Sequence record: MN871441.1
Strand: one strand, 5' to 3'
DNA: 64,000 nucleotides
Of this stretch, positions 46,858-57,366 are shown piece after piece. The first letter of the stretch is position 1; every line of letters begins with the position of its first letter. The translations under genes and the position numbers were made by a program. The notes beneath the pieces were generated by a model. The model did not search any database. It was given only the letters and a program-made list of their open reading frames with translations, and was not told the origin of the DNA.

Positions 46858-48861
46858 TTAATCATCCATCCACACCTTACGAAGGTCCGATTCGGTTCCA
46901 AAGAACATTTCTAACGCATCTGCTGCTTGTTCATCAACCCGAACAACCTCCATATAAGGATCTCGAATACATTTCTTGTAGTCAGCTCGGTCTAACTGAC
47001 CCAGACCCTTAACGTGTTCATGCTTCCACCCAGAACCCTTGAACGTCTTGGAGTGAAATTCTACCGTATCATAACTCCAAACGGTTTCTTTCCCGTTTCG
47101 ACTAATGAATTCCGGGGTACGGCATACCAACAAACGACCTTGATCAATAAAGTGTTTCCAGTACTTATGGAACAACGAGATTATCAGGTTACTGATATGT
47201 CCTCGTCCATCTGGATCCGCATCTACCAAGATAGCAACATAATCATAATTTGCCTTGGTGTTACGTCGAACCCCTTTTTGACCACGATATTTTAACATAT
47301 CAGGCTGTAGAGTTTGTTCCCAATCCTTACCGTTTACAATACCACGAGTTTCAACCCATTTACCATTTACCAACATTTCATCATTTTCTGCAACAATGAA
47401 ACCATCTTTATTTACAAAGAAATCTCCTGATGGTAGCTCTTTTGTATCATCTAGAGTCATACCAAGAATTGAAATAATATTGGCAATCTCTTTGTTGGCA
47501 ATTACCTTTACCTTTTCGCATTTATGAACAGATAGAAGTTTACCCTTCAACGGGAATCCACCCTGAGTGTCGTGGTCGCGAGTTATACCCAGTGGGCCAC
47601 TTGCAGAATCACCCTCGGTCAAGAACAGAGTGGTTTCAAACCCTTTCTTTCCATATTTGTTCGCTTGGATATGTTTTGGTACGTTGGCAGTTAAAGCCTT
47701 CTTTTGTGCTTTTGTCGCTAGTGCCTTTTCCACCGCATCCCGTTTTGCAATTGCACTCTCTACAATTGGCATGATAACAGAATCGTTGGATATCATCTTT
47801 TTGGCTATGGACTTGATATCGATCCCGCAGTGATCCTTGATCTGACCGTTGGAATTACTCAACCGTTCTTTAGTTTGTCCGTCAAATTTGGCACCCTCAA
47901 AGCCACGAAGAGAAAGGAACAGCAAAGTGTTTTCCTTGATACGGGCTTTGTTAATCTCGACCTTAAACTTACGCTTGATCATGGGGGTCAATTCATCACA
48001 TAGACTGTTTATCAGATATTCAACGTGGTTACCACCCTGCTTAGTGTGAACCCCGTTAACATAACTCAGTTGACGGAATTCATCTGATGTACCGATAAAG
48101 AACGAACAATTCTCATTTTCAAAGATAACAGGATCCCCAAAGTCACTAGCAAATTTCTTGAACTTGGAATCTACTTTTTTCTTATTGAATGTGAATTTTA
48201 CTTGTGGGAACAAAACAGAAAGGATTTCTACCCGAGAACGGATAACATCAACTACATCAGGGGGCATACCGCCAAAGATGTTAAATTTATCAAGAAGATC
48301 TGGAATAAACTCAACAGTTGTACCCTGAGTGCCACCTTTTTTCTTGGTGTAGGATTGGTGTTCTGCATTTTGTGTACAATAGATTGTGACCGTATTTTTC
48401 CCATCACAAGTTGTCGCACGGAACATTGTAGAGTATAGGTTGGTCAATACCGAACCAACACCATTTTTACCGATACCCTTACGATCAGCCGAGAAGTTAC
48501 CACCGGAACGGGCTCGGGTGTAACAAGCTTGTGGATATGGGATGGTTTCGCCTTCCGGGGTCTTTACGTCATATTGTGGGATACCACGACCATTATCAGA
48601 AATGGATACCTGATTGGTCTGGTCATCAACAACAATATCAATTTTATTAGCAAATTTGAAATCGGTACGAATAGCTTCATCAACCGAGTTATCGATAATT
48701 TCATCGATAATTTTAACCAAACCCGGAATGTATTGCTTTTCTACAAAATTCCCATCAACCAACACTAAATGGGTTTCTTCCGAAAGCGACCCAACATACA
48801 TATCACTATTGAGGAAAATATGTTCGTAATCACTTAGGATTTTACCTTCTTGTTCTTTCAT
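46858..48861 (-). CDS. 39: DNA topoisomerase II large subunit (fused gp39+gp60)
   Basis: EIIDNSVDE, DNGRGIP, GKNGVGS, LTEGDSA, DADPDG, KGLG; single continuous frame. Confidence 0.95.
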   Translation of the reverse strand: MKEQEGKILSDYEHIFLNSDMYVGSLSEETHLVLVDGNFVEKQYIPGLVKIIDEIIDNSVDEAIRTDFKFANKIDIVVDDQTNQVSISDNGRGIPQYDVKTPEGETIPYPQACYTRARSGGNFSADRKGIGKNGVGSVLTNLYSTMFRATTCDGKNTVTIYCTQNAEHQSYTKKKGGTQGTTVEFIPDLLDKFNIFGGMPPDVVDVIRSRVEILSVLFPQVKFTFNKKKVDSKFKKFASDFGDPVIFENENCSFFIGTSDEFRQLSYVNGVHTKQGGNHVEYLINSLCDELTPMIKRKFKVEINKARIKENTLLFLSLRGFEGAKFDGQTKERLSNSNGQIKDHCGIDIKSIAKKMISNDSVIMPIVESAIAKRDAVEKALATKAQKKALTANVPKHIQANKYGKKGFETTLFLTEGDSASGPLGITRDHDTQGGFPLKGKLLSVHKCEKVKVIANKEIANIISILGMTLDDTKELPSGDFFVNKDGFIVAENDEMLVNGKWVETRGIVNGKDWEQTLQPDMLKYRGQKGVRRNTKANYDYVAILVDADPDGRGHISNLIISLFHKYWKHFIDQGRLLVCRTPEFISRNGKETVWSYDTVEFHSKTFKGSGWKHEHVKGLGQLDRADYKKCIRDPYMEVVRVDEQAADALEMFFGTESDLRKVWMDD

Positions 48862-48894
48862 TTATACCTCAATGATAAAAGGGGACGAATCCCC

Positions 48895-49203
48895 TTATAA
48901 ACCTTTTTCTATAGAATATAACGTATCTTTACTGGTTGTGAATTTTATTTTCGTAGCCATGTAATGAATACGGTTTGAACCGATCTTAAGATAGTGTCGA
49001 TGCCGCTCCATTGATGGGTGAACAAGGTCCGGAACTACAGAAACCATATCATTAACGGAAGTTAGATCTATGAATCGCTCAAACGTAATATATTCTTCTT
49101 GAGAAGGGTTTAAGAAACCCCCCGGTTTAATTCTGGTTTGATAATCAACATTGACATCAACCCATGGATTGTTGAATGGGTTTAGATCACTCGCTCCCAT
49201 CAT
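48895..49203 (-). CDS. hypothetical protein
   Basis: tiling ORF. Confidence 0.6.
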   Translation of the reverse strand: MMGASDLNPFNNPWVDVNVDYQTRIKPGGFLNPSQEEYITFERFIDLTSVNDMVSVVPDLVHPSMERHRHYLKIGSNRIHYMATKIKFTTSKDTLYSIEKGL

Positions 49204-49378
49204 CCACCTCGATAAACCGAACGGTTACGTTATCGGTGCAATCCATCTGCGCAACCAGCTCACCATCCAGATAATACGCTTGAGTATACCCTTCCGGGTC
49301 GTATGATGAGCGCATTACAACACCCTCTTGGTTAACGATGGATTCAAATTCTTCGATAGACAGATATTTAATAGCCAT
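49187..49378 (-). CDS. small protein, possibly T4 Cef-like
   Basis: EEFESIV..VV pattern and position between dexA and gp39; weak. Confidence 0.4.
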   Translation of the reverse strand: MAIKYLSIEEFESIVNQEGVVMRSSYDPEGYTQAYYLDGELVAQMDCTDNVTVRFIEVDDGSE

Positions 49379-49383
49379 TTCAA

Positions 49384-50037
49384 TTACCTCATTGAGTTAG
49401 GGTCTACGTCAGTCGGAATATCTTCCAGACCATACGCATATCGTTTTGAATAGATTAACATAAGAATGTCACGAGCGCAATCATGAAGTGAGTTATGTTT
49501 TACGAAACCCGGAAGACTCCCGTTAGGAAGGGGGCAATACGTAACATCGCGATCCATGTTTGCTTCAATTGCGGTTCTCACTTCACGGAAGTTGTTGAAC
49601 ATCACAGGCATAGCAGCAGAAATATCGTCGTCTGCTAGATCCATAGCATCACAATACCAGCTACGGAACCAAATGATATCCATTTCCCCACGAGTCCAGA
49701 TATGGGACTTCTTAAACTCGACCCCGGTTTCCACAAACCAATCTTTGATGTCCATATATCCATCATATAGGGTCCTATCGTCGCTGGATGGCTTCAAGAG
49801 AGATTTTGCTTCATCTCCCTGAGATTTCCACCATTCCACGGTGGAAGCACTTACACGACGCCCTAGGGCCTTCTGATGTTTCAGATCGAATTTAATTTTC
49901 TTTCCGGATTCAACCAGACTTTGAAATGTAGGTGGATTTTCAATATCCATTTTGAATGGTATCACAGAAAATTCAACTAAGGTAGCTTTTTCTACCGTAT
50001 TCAAAGTCTCAAAGTCAGTAATATAATCGGTAACCAT
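49384..50037 (-). CDS. dexA: exonuclease A
   Basis: ITDFETL, IKFDLKHQ, STVEWW, CPLP.G.L.GF..HNSLHDCARD. Confidence 0.92.
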   Translation of the reverse strand: MVTDYITDFETLNTVEKATLVEFSVIPFKMDIENPPTFQSLVESGKKIKFDLKHQKALGRRVSASTVEWWKSQGDEAKSLLKPSSDDRTLYDGYMDIKDWFVETGVEFKKSHIWTRGEMDIIWFRSWYCDAMDLADDDISAAMPVMFNNFREVRTAIEANMDRDVTYCPLPNGSLPGFVKHNSLHDCARDILMLIYSKRYAYGLEDIPTDVDPNSMR

Positions 50038-50541
50038 TATTTTGTCCCNGANGAACCAATCCCAGCAGANCCACGAACAGTTTGTGTATCGAAATCATCA
50101 ACTTGGTTAAACTTGATCTGGTTGAATACAGGGATAAACACCATCTGACAGAAACGCTCACCCTTCGGAATATGCAAAACCTTGTTGAAGCTCATCGGGT
50201 CGTCTTCGTTAACAATATGTTCATTCCGGACCTTCACCATGATCTCACCCTGATAGTTTCCATCGATAAGAACCAACAGTGTTAGCCAACCGGGTATAGA
50301 ATTTGANTTGACTCAAAGTCAAAACAGNNATACCACGATGGTAACAGATGACCAANTTCACCCGGNANCACNCANNANANNTTCCANNNGANACGANNGT
50401 NAANANCNNCAGNNNCNNTCNNNTTGANAATCNNGTNCAANNNTNAGTATNCANCAGNGNNANCCNNNNNNGTNNAGAATTTGANNCCANNNNCNNANNG
50501 ACAACCCCATATTCAAAACCACTAATAAAATTCATTTCCAT
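50037..50541 (-). CDS. dut: trimeric dUTPase (garbled by Ns and frameshift)
   Basis: RLANTV..IDGNYQGEIMV, GERFCQMVF, RxSAGIGxxG. Confidence 0.8.
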
Positions 50542-50553
50542 TTTTATTCTCTC

Positions 50554-50870
50554 TTATTTCAATTTTTCAGACAAAAAGGCTGCGAGCTGCTTCCGACTCT
50601 CACCATATTCAAGTTCATAGTGACTATCCGCTTCATCGTACATCCCATGGTGGTTATCACCATAAGGGGATTTTACAGGATAGCTATCATCACCGGAAAA
50701 ATGATCCCACTCAGCCCAATACAAGGCAAATACCTCGCTCATACAAACAAATTCTGTGTGGTTCTGTTTTTCGAACATATCATCATAGTCTGTACAATAA
50801 TGCCAATCTTGGTTACAGAGACCAATTTCAAAGCACCACCATTCAGGAAAAATTCCAACTGATAACNTTN
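50554..50870 (-). CDS. hypothetical protein, paralog of 21262..21636
   Basis: frame extends upstream of track start through EIGLCNQ; WDHFSG..YPV..YG..R..LA. Confidence 0.6.
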
Positions 50871-51499
50871 TAAANANCGGCTTTGATCAAATTTTCGATC
50901 CGTTTTAGTGTGTCGAAGGATCGACCCTCTTTATCAAGTACCCATACCCGTTTATCAGGGAATGGTGCATCTTCAAGAGCCATAACACCACCGACGATAG
51001 CACATGCGTTGGGGATGAACAAAAAAAAAAAAAAAAAAAAGAAGAACAGTTTGTATTGATGTTTTGGGATTTTACGAGCAGCAACCCATTTCACGGCTGG
51101 GTGATTNTCTGGGAGNTCCGCTATACAAGTTGAATATGGTATCACACTCTTTGTGATTAGTTCAACTGGTTTCTCAACTGTTTTTTTAGTTTCGAACCAT
51201 TCGCTGTCGTCTTTGTTTGCAAATTTTTCCTTTGCAAATTCTCTGTACATTTCTGGTTCATTATCATACAGATAGTTGGTTAGCTTCATATTAACGTTAC
51301 AGTTAAAGCAACCNNACCGAACATGNCCCTCNGATTCGTATATCCANCCACGGGTTTTGCTGTAGTCAGTTTTACTATCACCACATATAGGACAACGGAA
51401 ATTATACTTTACCTCAACACCACGGGAATGATCTGTGCACAATTCCATCCGGTAACTAAGTCTAGTTGCAAACTGTCGTTCGATATAAATTATGTTCAT
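50843..51499 (-). CDS. 61: DNA primase (incomplete in this assembly)
   Basis: FRCPICGDSK, GCFNC Zn finger, VWVLDKE; middle replaced by poly-A, C-terminus garbled. Confidence 0.88.
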   Translation of the reverse strand: MNIIYIERQFATRLSYRMELCTDHSRGVEVKYNFRCPICGDSKTDYSKTRXWIYEXEXHVRXGCFNCNVNMKLTNYLYDNEPEMYREFAKEKFANKDDSEWFETKKTVEKPVELITKSVIPYSTCIAXLPXNHPAVKWVAARKIPKHQYKLFFFFFFFFLFIPNACAIVGGVMALEDAPFPDKRVWVLDKEGRSFDTLKRIENLIKAXXXXVISWNFS

Positions 51500-51546
51500 A
51501 TAAAAATCCTCTTTCAACCTATGATATCACACTCACCAGAAACAAT

Positions 51547-51569
51547 AAAGCCCCAATTACGGGGCTTTT
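51547..51569 (-). terminator. intrinsic terminator
   Basis: AAAGCCCC/GGGGCTTT stem. Confidence 0.65.
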
Positions 51570-52006
51570 ACTTCAATTTTACGACGCTCTTTTTTCTTCC
51601 CCATGACAGACGGACCTTTATCTGTAACAGAACCAGATTTTACCCCAGTTGCGATGTTTATCACATTACCCCCGGAATCACCAGCGATCATCTCTTCATA
51701 CAACATTTCAATCGTGTATTCTGATTGACCATATGATTCTGTTAAAGTGTCATATCCAGCCTTCACCGCCAACGATTTAGATACCGACTCGCCTCCATAC
51801 TTTTGAAGGTTTATTTTCAGTGATCTAATTGCTGCGTGAAATGATGTATACGCCGCTTTTTCTCTCACGGTTTCCGGCTTCTTAATAAACTCACCGGCTT
51901 CGTCGATAATACCGCGCTTGTATGCTTCCCAATTACGAAATGGTTTTCTTAATAGGTCTAGCATACGGACGGAATAAATCCCGTCCATAATAGTTTTAAT
52001 ACTCAC
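51557..52006 (-). CDS. T4 gp61.1-like protein
   Basis: C-terminal EEMIAGDSGG..IATG..KGP; position next to primase. Confidence 0.6.
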   Translation of the reverse strand: MSIKTIMDGIYSVRMLDLLRKPFRNWEAYKRGIIDEAGEFIKKPETVREKAAYTSFHAAIRSLKINLQKYGGESVSKSLAVKAGYDTLTESYGQSEYTIEMLYEEMIAGDSGGNVINIATGVKSGSVTDKGPSVMGKKKERRKIEVKAP

Positions 52007-52953
52007 GTTAAATCCTCAACAATAGAAAGTATATCATTAAGATTATCTTTGGTTACAGTTTCTGTGTTTCCAGAGAACAACCAATCACATACACCATTGT
52101 ATTTAGCTTTTATTTTGGACTCGATTATGAGTGGGAGATTTCCATCTTCAAATTGTTTCACCAATACACAATTAGAAACAACATTATGAATACCCTTAAT
52201 ATGTTCTTTCGAACGAATATCGGGATCTCTATTTGTTATCCCATATTTGTATACGGTATCATTATCTTTTGTATATTCAAAGATATAAAACCACCCAGAC
52301 TTTGATTTATCGTATCCAGAAGAAGCACAGCTTGGACAACCACTATCAGTGTTCACGATGGCTGAAAATGATTTCCTATGTAAACCATGTTTTGGACATT
52401 TATATAAAACCCATGTGTTCTGGTTTATGTATTCACCACCAACGAATTCAATAAATTCAACACCAAAACCTTCACATCTACTTTTTGCTGTATTATATGG
52501 ATCTTTGAATTTTTTCAGCCCCGATGTGTAATCGATTCCGCATTTAGAACATCGAGTACCTTTGTTAGAAAAGTTTGCATATGATACTCGATACTCACCA
52601 TGGGTTGGACAAATACATATCAACTTTGTCGTATTCGTCTTATATTCGCCACCAACAAATCCAACAAAAATATGGTTCCTGTTTTCTGATTTCAACAATC
52701 TTTTTATTATTATCGACCTCTGACGAGAATTTAATTGCGGGGATTTTGCACACCCACATGGGGTTTGTCCCAATTTAAAACTACCCTTAGTAGACCGAAA
52801 TCCATCAGGATATAATTCTGTATCCAATGAACATATTGAACATTCAGCCAGATACACCTTATTATGTGTCTTGGTTTTTCCAAATATACCAACCACAGTT
52901 AGTATCCCACCTTTTGGAGTGTCGAACGTAGAACCAATAAATTCGTCTTTCAT
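52003..52953 (-). mobile_element. free-standing homing endonuclease, paralog of 15403..16386
   Basis: ELYPDGF..PCGC..PQL, CPTHG..CSKC, CPKHG..CPSC; YIFEY..YKYGITN..SGNTE. Confidence 0.75.
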
Positions 52954-52993
52954 AATACAACCTCAACAAGTGGGTAACTAGTACCCACATAGT

Positions 52994-54334
52994 TTAATCC
53001 CAAGGGATATCTTCGTCAACCGATTGTTCTGCAAGGAGGTCATTAAAATCAACTTCGGTTTTGCTCATCCTTCGCTTGAACATAGAACTACCCATGGGGG
53101 TTGTGTCGATGACCTCTTCCATTTCTTGAGTTATCTCAACGGGGATCGATGTGATTTGGTCTCCTTGACGAACAATAACAGCATCCTCCTGAATATCCGT
53201 TTTCTCTTCCAAATCTTTGCGCTCAAACACAACAGTATATGGTGTTGTGTCGTCGAGATCTGACCACCTCATATAATTTTTCTGAACAGCCAGACAGAAT
53301 TTATTATGTGTGTTNATTCNNCTCGATAGCAAGTCCACGACCAGATCTTCATCTTCTGAAATTGCCAATACGAAGTCGCAACCATGAAGCAACGCAAACG
53401 AATCAGCGATATCCGCTTTATCAATCTCAAGAGAGCCAGAAGACCCACGGTTGGTTTGTGCACCAGACCATACAACAACTTTCTTCTCGATAGCAAGTCC
53501 ACGAACTTCTTCTGAAATTGCTTTAATGAAGGAGTAAGAGTTATCAGAGAACTTCATACGGGACGAAGCCATAATCCCTAGGTAATCACAACAGATAACA
53601 TCTGGCTTGAAACCTTTTTTCATTTCAAGCTCATCCATCAGGTTTCTGATGTGGTTTACGTTTGCCCCTGATGTTGGGAACTGCTTAACATAAAGCTTAC
53701 CAAGCTTTTTACCTGCAACCTTTTTGTTGAACCGGTTCATGAACTCAGATTTTTGGATAAGTCCACTATCTAGCTCGTCCAGAGTCAGGTCCATTAGGTT
53801 TGCGTCAATACGCTTACCTACAGTTTCTTCCGACATCTCAAACGAGACGTACAACACGTTTAACCCGAGTTGCATATACTCGGTTGCAAGGTGACACAGA
53901 CCGATAGACTTACCAACACCAGTACCGGCTAGAATAACGTTAAGCGTACCACGTTCAACCCCACCCTTGGTGATCCGGTTCAGCATATGATTCAGGAACG
54001 GGATCTTATTTGTCTTTTGGTTATATGCTTCCCAACGTTCTTCTGCGCTGTTCATATAATCATGACCAACNTCNANAGTAAAGCCAACAGACTNTAGNCT
54101 TNNTCATGATCTCTTNCATTGNCNCGATATTCTGTTTNNNTTCNNGTCNTGNNCATCCAGNGCNNNNNNCGATGGAGCTTTGTNANGNNTNTGGNTNCAC
54201 TNTGTATCAATCAAGTCAAATGCAATACGATAAGGTCCCTTAGAGAAATATTCGGATTTAAGAAAAGGGTACACCTTACCAAAATACTCGCCGTTGAAAA
54301 CGAGGTTATTGATAATAATTTGTGAAATACTCAT
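52994..54334 (-). CDS. 41: replicative DNA helicase (frame broken by N block)
   Basis: LAGTGVGKS Walker A, SFEMSEE, VKQFPT, CDYLGI, AQTNR. Confidence 0.93.
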
Positions 54335-54353
54335 TAAAAACACCTGTAAAAAG

Positions 54354-54411
54354 AAAAGTCGCTTACGTTAAAGATTATCCCATAACGTAAGCGACTTTTT
54401 AATTATTTATA
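54354..54411 (-). promoter_or_regulatory. T4 late promoter box followed by perfect 17-bp inverted repeat
   Basis: TATAAATA at 54404-54411; arms 54354-54370 and 54383-54399. Confidence 0.6.
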
Positions 54412-54880
54412 CAACCTTTTTCTGTGAGGAAAAATGAAGAATACCGGTATCATTCAGCACAAACGGTACATCGTCCTCGGTGATGATATGCATCCAGAAC
54501 CTAGCCTTATATTTGTATTGACGAACCCGTTTTACCCGGTTCACAACACCACCATCAGGAGTACAATATTGAGCTGCATATAGCGCCTGATAGGGGCTCT
54601 TGCGGTCATATAGACTCAGAACTTGATGGTTCTCTGCACACAACCAAGATTTCCCGTTAGACATATGGATTTCCCATACGTTGGGGTTGACCGGTTCTGT
54701 GAACTCCGTATCGACCATACGTAAGATCGTTGCGTATTTACCGGTTTCCGGCCCCTTTAGAAGGATCCGGTTACCCTGTTGAATCTCTAGGAGTTGATAT
54801 AGAGTCCATGTTTGTTCCCTCATGTCCCCGTAAATGTCGGGGGCACAAAAGGTAACAAGGGTATCCTCTGGAAATCCAGT
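54407..54880 (-). CDS. stand-alone Hint (intein-like) domain protein, degenerate
   Basis: frame extends to TGFPEDTLVTF (block A-like), EIHMSNG..LCAENHQVL (block B-like), MHIITEDDVPFVLNDTGILHF (block F/G-like). Confidence 0.55.
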   Translation of the reverse strand, partial: TGFPEDTLVTFCAPDIYGDMREQTWTLYQLLEIQQGNRILLKGPETGKYATILRMVDTEFTEPVNPNVWEIHMSNGKSWLCAENHQVLSLYDRKSPYQALYAAQYCTPDGGVVNRVKRVRQYKYKARFWMHIITEDDVPFVLNDTGILHFSSQKKVV

Positions 54881-55043
54881 TANNTNANAANATCANNANN
54901 ACGNNCNNAGNAAGATNTTTCNNTCNCGNCATTGNCNNNGTTATACATGNCNNGNNCNNNANNNNTAACATGNGGGTATAGTNCTTCCTNNANNTCNNNN
55001 TACATCATAACAATCATTACGGTCGCAGGTTTGTTCTGTCATT

Positions 55044-55338
55044 TTATTTCCTTTTGAAAAGATCAAGAAAACGCCCAAAGAAAGATTTTTCAATCTCGAC
55101 ATTGGCTTNNNTATACNTNNCTTGTACNGCATTTTTAANATGTGGNNNTAGTTCTTCCTTCANGTCNTNGTGTGNNNTACTNNNATCTNATACTAACCTT
55201 NNCATNATNATACTGTATNNCGTTGATNAACANNAGNAAATTCTCANTATCAATCNNNATAACNNNTTCNNTTTGNANANNNTNTAATNCNNNATNGATT
55301 ANATCTTTATAGGANANCTNCNTTTANTCCTNTTCCAT
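55044..55338 (-). CDS. 40: head vertex assembly chaperone (N-rich)
   Basis: KEELxPHxKNxV motif and position between uvsX and gp41. Confidence 0.65.
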
Positions 55339-55379
55339 ATATTACCTGTAAGAAATAGACCTAGTTTCCTAGGTCATTG

Positions 55380-55811
55380 TTATTTAGGGATGATACTAAC
55401 CTTGGCATTACAAGAGGCTGCAACAGGATAAACTATTTCATCAAAATACTTTTTATTTTGGAAACCATCTAATACCAAAAGATGACTATAGGAGAACCCT
55501 TTTAGTCCTAATGGATCTCTTACTAAGACGAAATACGATTCGTTTTCAAGTTTTATGTATTTTGAATTTGAGGCCAAAACGAATTCATCACCAAAAATAT
55601 TACCCAATTCTTTTAATTGATATTTTATCTCATTGAATATAGTTCCATTCATTGGTTCCATAACAATGGTTTTTCTCCCTTGGGAATGAAAATAACAATC
55701 ATGAACAGCAGCCGAAACTGGGGTATCCTGAACTCCGATGTGAGTCAAATAAAAACCATAGTCGTTACGAAGATTAATAAACAATTCTACTATTTCTTTT
55801 GTTAAATTCAT
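55380..55811 (-). CDS. hypothetical protein
   Basis: 143 aa ORF. Confidence 0.65.
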   Translation of the reverse strand: MNLTKEIVELFINLRNDYGFYLTHIGVQDTPVSAAVHDCYFHSQGRKTIVMEPMNGTIFNEIKYQLKELGNIFGDEFVLASNSKYIKLENESYFVLVRDPLGLKGFSYSHLLVLDGFQNKKYFDEIVYPVAASCNAKVSIIPK

Positions 55812-55814
55812 TCA

Positions 55815-56147
55815 TTAATTCTCATATGAACTAATTGTATAATTTCCCTCGAAATTTTCAATAACAGTATATCCTAAAGATCGCAATCGATTATTAGATA
55901 TCTCGACTATTTTTGAATATACATATGATACAGTGTGATTACATAGGTAAGGATTAAAATTCGTTTCGTGGTTGTGGATGATATTTACGTAATCATCCAT
56001 GTTTAGTGTTATTCCACCACCACAAACAACAAGCTCATTGATTATAGACCGCAAAACATGACTAGACTCAACGTCGAAATCGTGGTTTGTATATTTTATT
56101 TCTTTTCTAACTTCGTCGGCGGTAGTTTTTTCTGTTACAATTAACAT
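55815..56147 (-). CDS. hypothetical protein
   Basis: 110 aa ORF. Confidence 0.65.
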   Translation of the reverse strand: MLIVTEKTTADEVRKEIKYTNHDFDVESSHVLRSIINELVVCGGGITLNMDDYVNIIHNHETNFNPYLCNHTVSYVYSKIVEISNNRLRSLGYTVIENFEGNYTISSYEN

Positions 56148-56189
56148 TTATATATCCTTTTTAAAGTGGGGCTTTCGCCCCAATAAATA

Positions 56190-57299
56190 TTAACCGAACA
56201 ACTGGTCAACTTCATCAAACACTTCCTGAGATACTTCAACTGCTTTCAGTTTGTATGCATCAGACACAGCATCCATAAAAGGCTTGTGAGAAAACATAGG
56301 TTTCCAGAATTCCAGAGAGTTGGAATCCTCTTCTGTCCATTTCTTTTCATCATCGGTGATCAGATACATCTCACCAGTTTCGAGGTCGAGATAATTGCGC
56401 TGATAACGTGCGTTTTGTGGTTTGGTAACAAAACCAAGTTCTTGTGCAATCTTTAGCAAACCTGAGTATGTATTAATACCACCTTGGAAGGAAACTTGCA
56501 AGTCCAATTTGGATTTTTCTTTGATAGTGCGACTCTTTTCCGCATTCATCACAAAGTTATAACCCAACAGCTCTTTGCCATCTTTGTCCTGTTGCTTACC
56601 AAGAATGATAACGGTGTCAGCGGAATACATCGGTCCGGTGCCGCCACTCATAACAGTTTTGCTGTACATCTCTTGGGTTTCGTATGTGTGGTTTACAGCA
56701 ATACACGGAATGTCATTAACAGTCAGGTAAGGGGTAACCATACGGAACAGACTCTTGATCTGCTTTGCTCGGGTCATATCCTGTGCAGACTTTTCATTCT
56801 TCGCATCTTCAAGTTCTTTCTTAGAAGCAACGTTACCGATAGAGTCAATATAGATAATAACCTTATCACCACGTTTGACTGCTTCCAGTTTCTTAACGAT
56901 ATCGAATTTAAGTTCTTCTACGTCAATAAACGGACAATGTACAACCCGGTCAATATCTACACCTTGAGAAGTAAAATAATCAGGAGTAGAACCGAATTCA
57001 TTATCAAAGAACAGACAAACTGCATCCGGATACTTACGAAGATAAGCAGAAACCAGAACCAAACTCAGGTTAGATTTAAAGTGTTTAGACGGTCCGGCAA
57101 TACAAGTTAGACCCGGCTTCAAACCACCATCAAGATGACCACTCAACATCAGGTTAATGATCGGGACACGAGTCCGGATTACATCCTTGTCGTTAAAGAA
57201 AACGCTATCGGATAGCATAGAACTCATTTTATTTGAGGAAGTACCAGACAGACGTTCCAGAAGGGCACCAGTATTAACCGTTTTTGCTTTTTTAGCCAT
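56190..57299 (-). CDS. uvsX: RecA-like recombinase
   Basis: AGPSKHFKS, FDNEFG, IDSIGN, DMTRAK, SGGTG. Confidence 0.96.
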   Translation of the reverse strand: MAKKAKTVNTGALLERLSGTSSNKMSSMLSDSVFFNDKDVIRTRVPIINLMLSGHLDGGLKPGLTCIAGPSKHFKSNLSLVLVSAYLRKYPDAVCLFFDNEFGSTPDYFTSQGVDIDRVVHCPFIDVEELKFDIVKKLEAVKRGDKVIIYIDSIGNVASKKELEDAKNEKSAQDMTRAKQIKSLFRMVTPYLTVNDIPCIAVNHTYETQEMYSKTVMSGGTGPMYSADTVIILGKQQDKDGKELLGYNFVMNAEKSRTIKEKSKLDLQVSFQGGINTYSGLLKIAQELGFVTKPQNARYQRNYLDLETGEMYLITDDEKKWTEEDSNSLEFWKPMFSHKPFMDAVSDAYKLKAVEVSQEVFDEVDQLFG

Positions 57300-57366
57300 T
57301 TTAAATATTCCTATAATTTTTGATATATGTTTTATTGCGTTTATAATAGCCCTTTAATTTTCCAGA

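Noticed and set aside
47200-47230. T4 gene 60-style 50-nt ribosomal bypass
   Set aside because: The frame is continuous through DADPDGRGHI; this is the ordinary fused gp39+60.
51021-51040. 20-nt poly-A tract in primase giving poly-Phe
   Set aside because: It sits where conserved primase sequence is missing in an essential gene; most likely gap filling.
53322-53504. 19-bp repeat CTCGATAGCAAGTCCACGA inside gp41
   Set aside because: The N-flanked copy replaces the conserved KSRYGD region; artefact.
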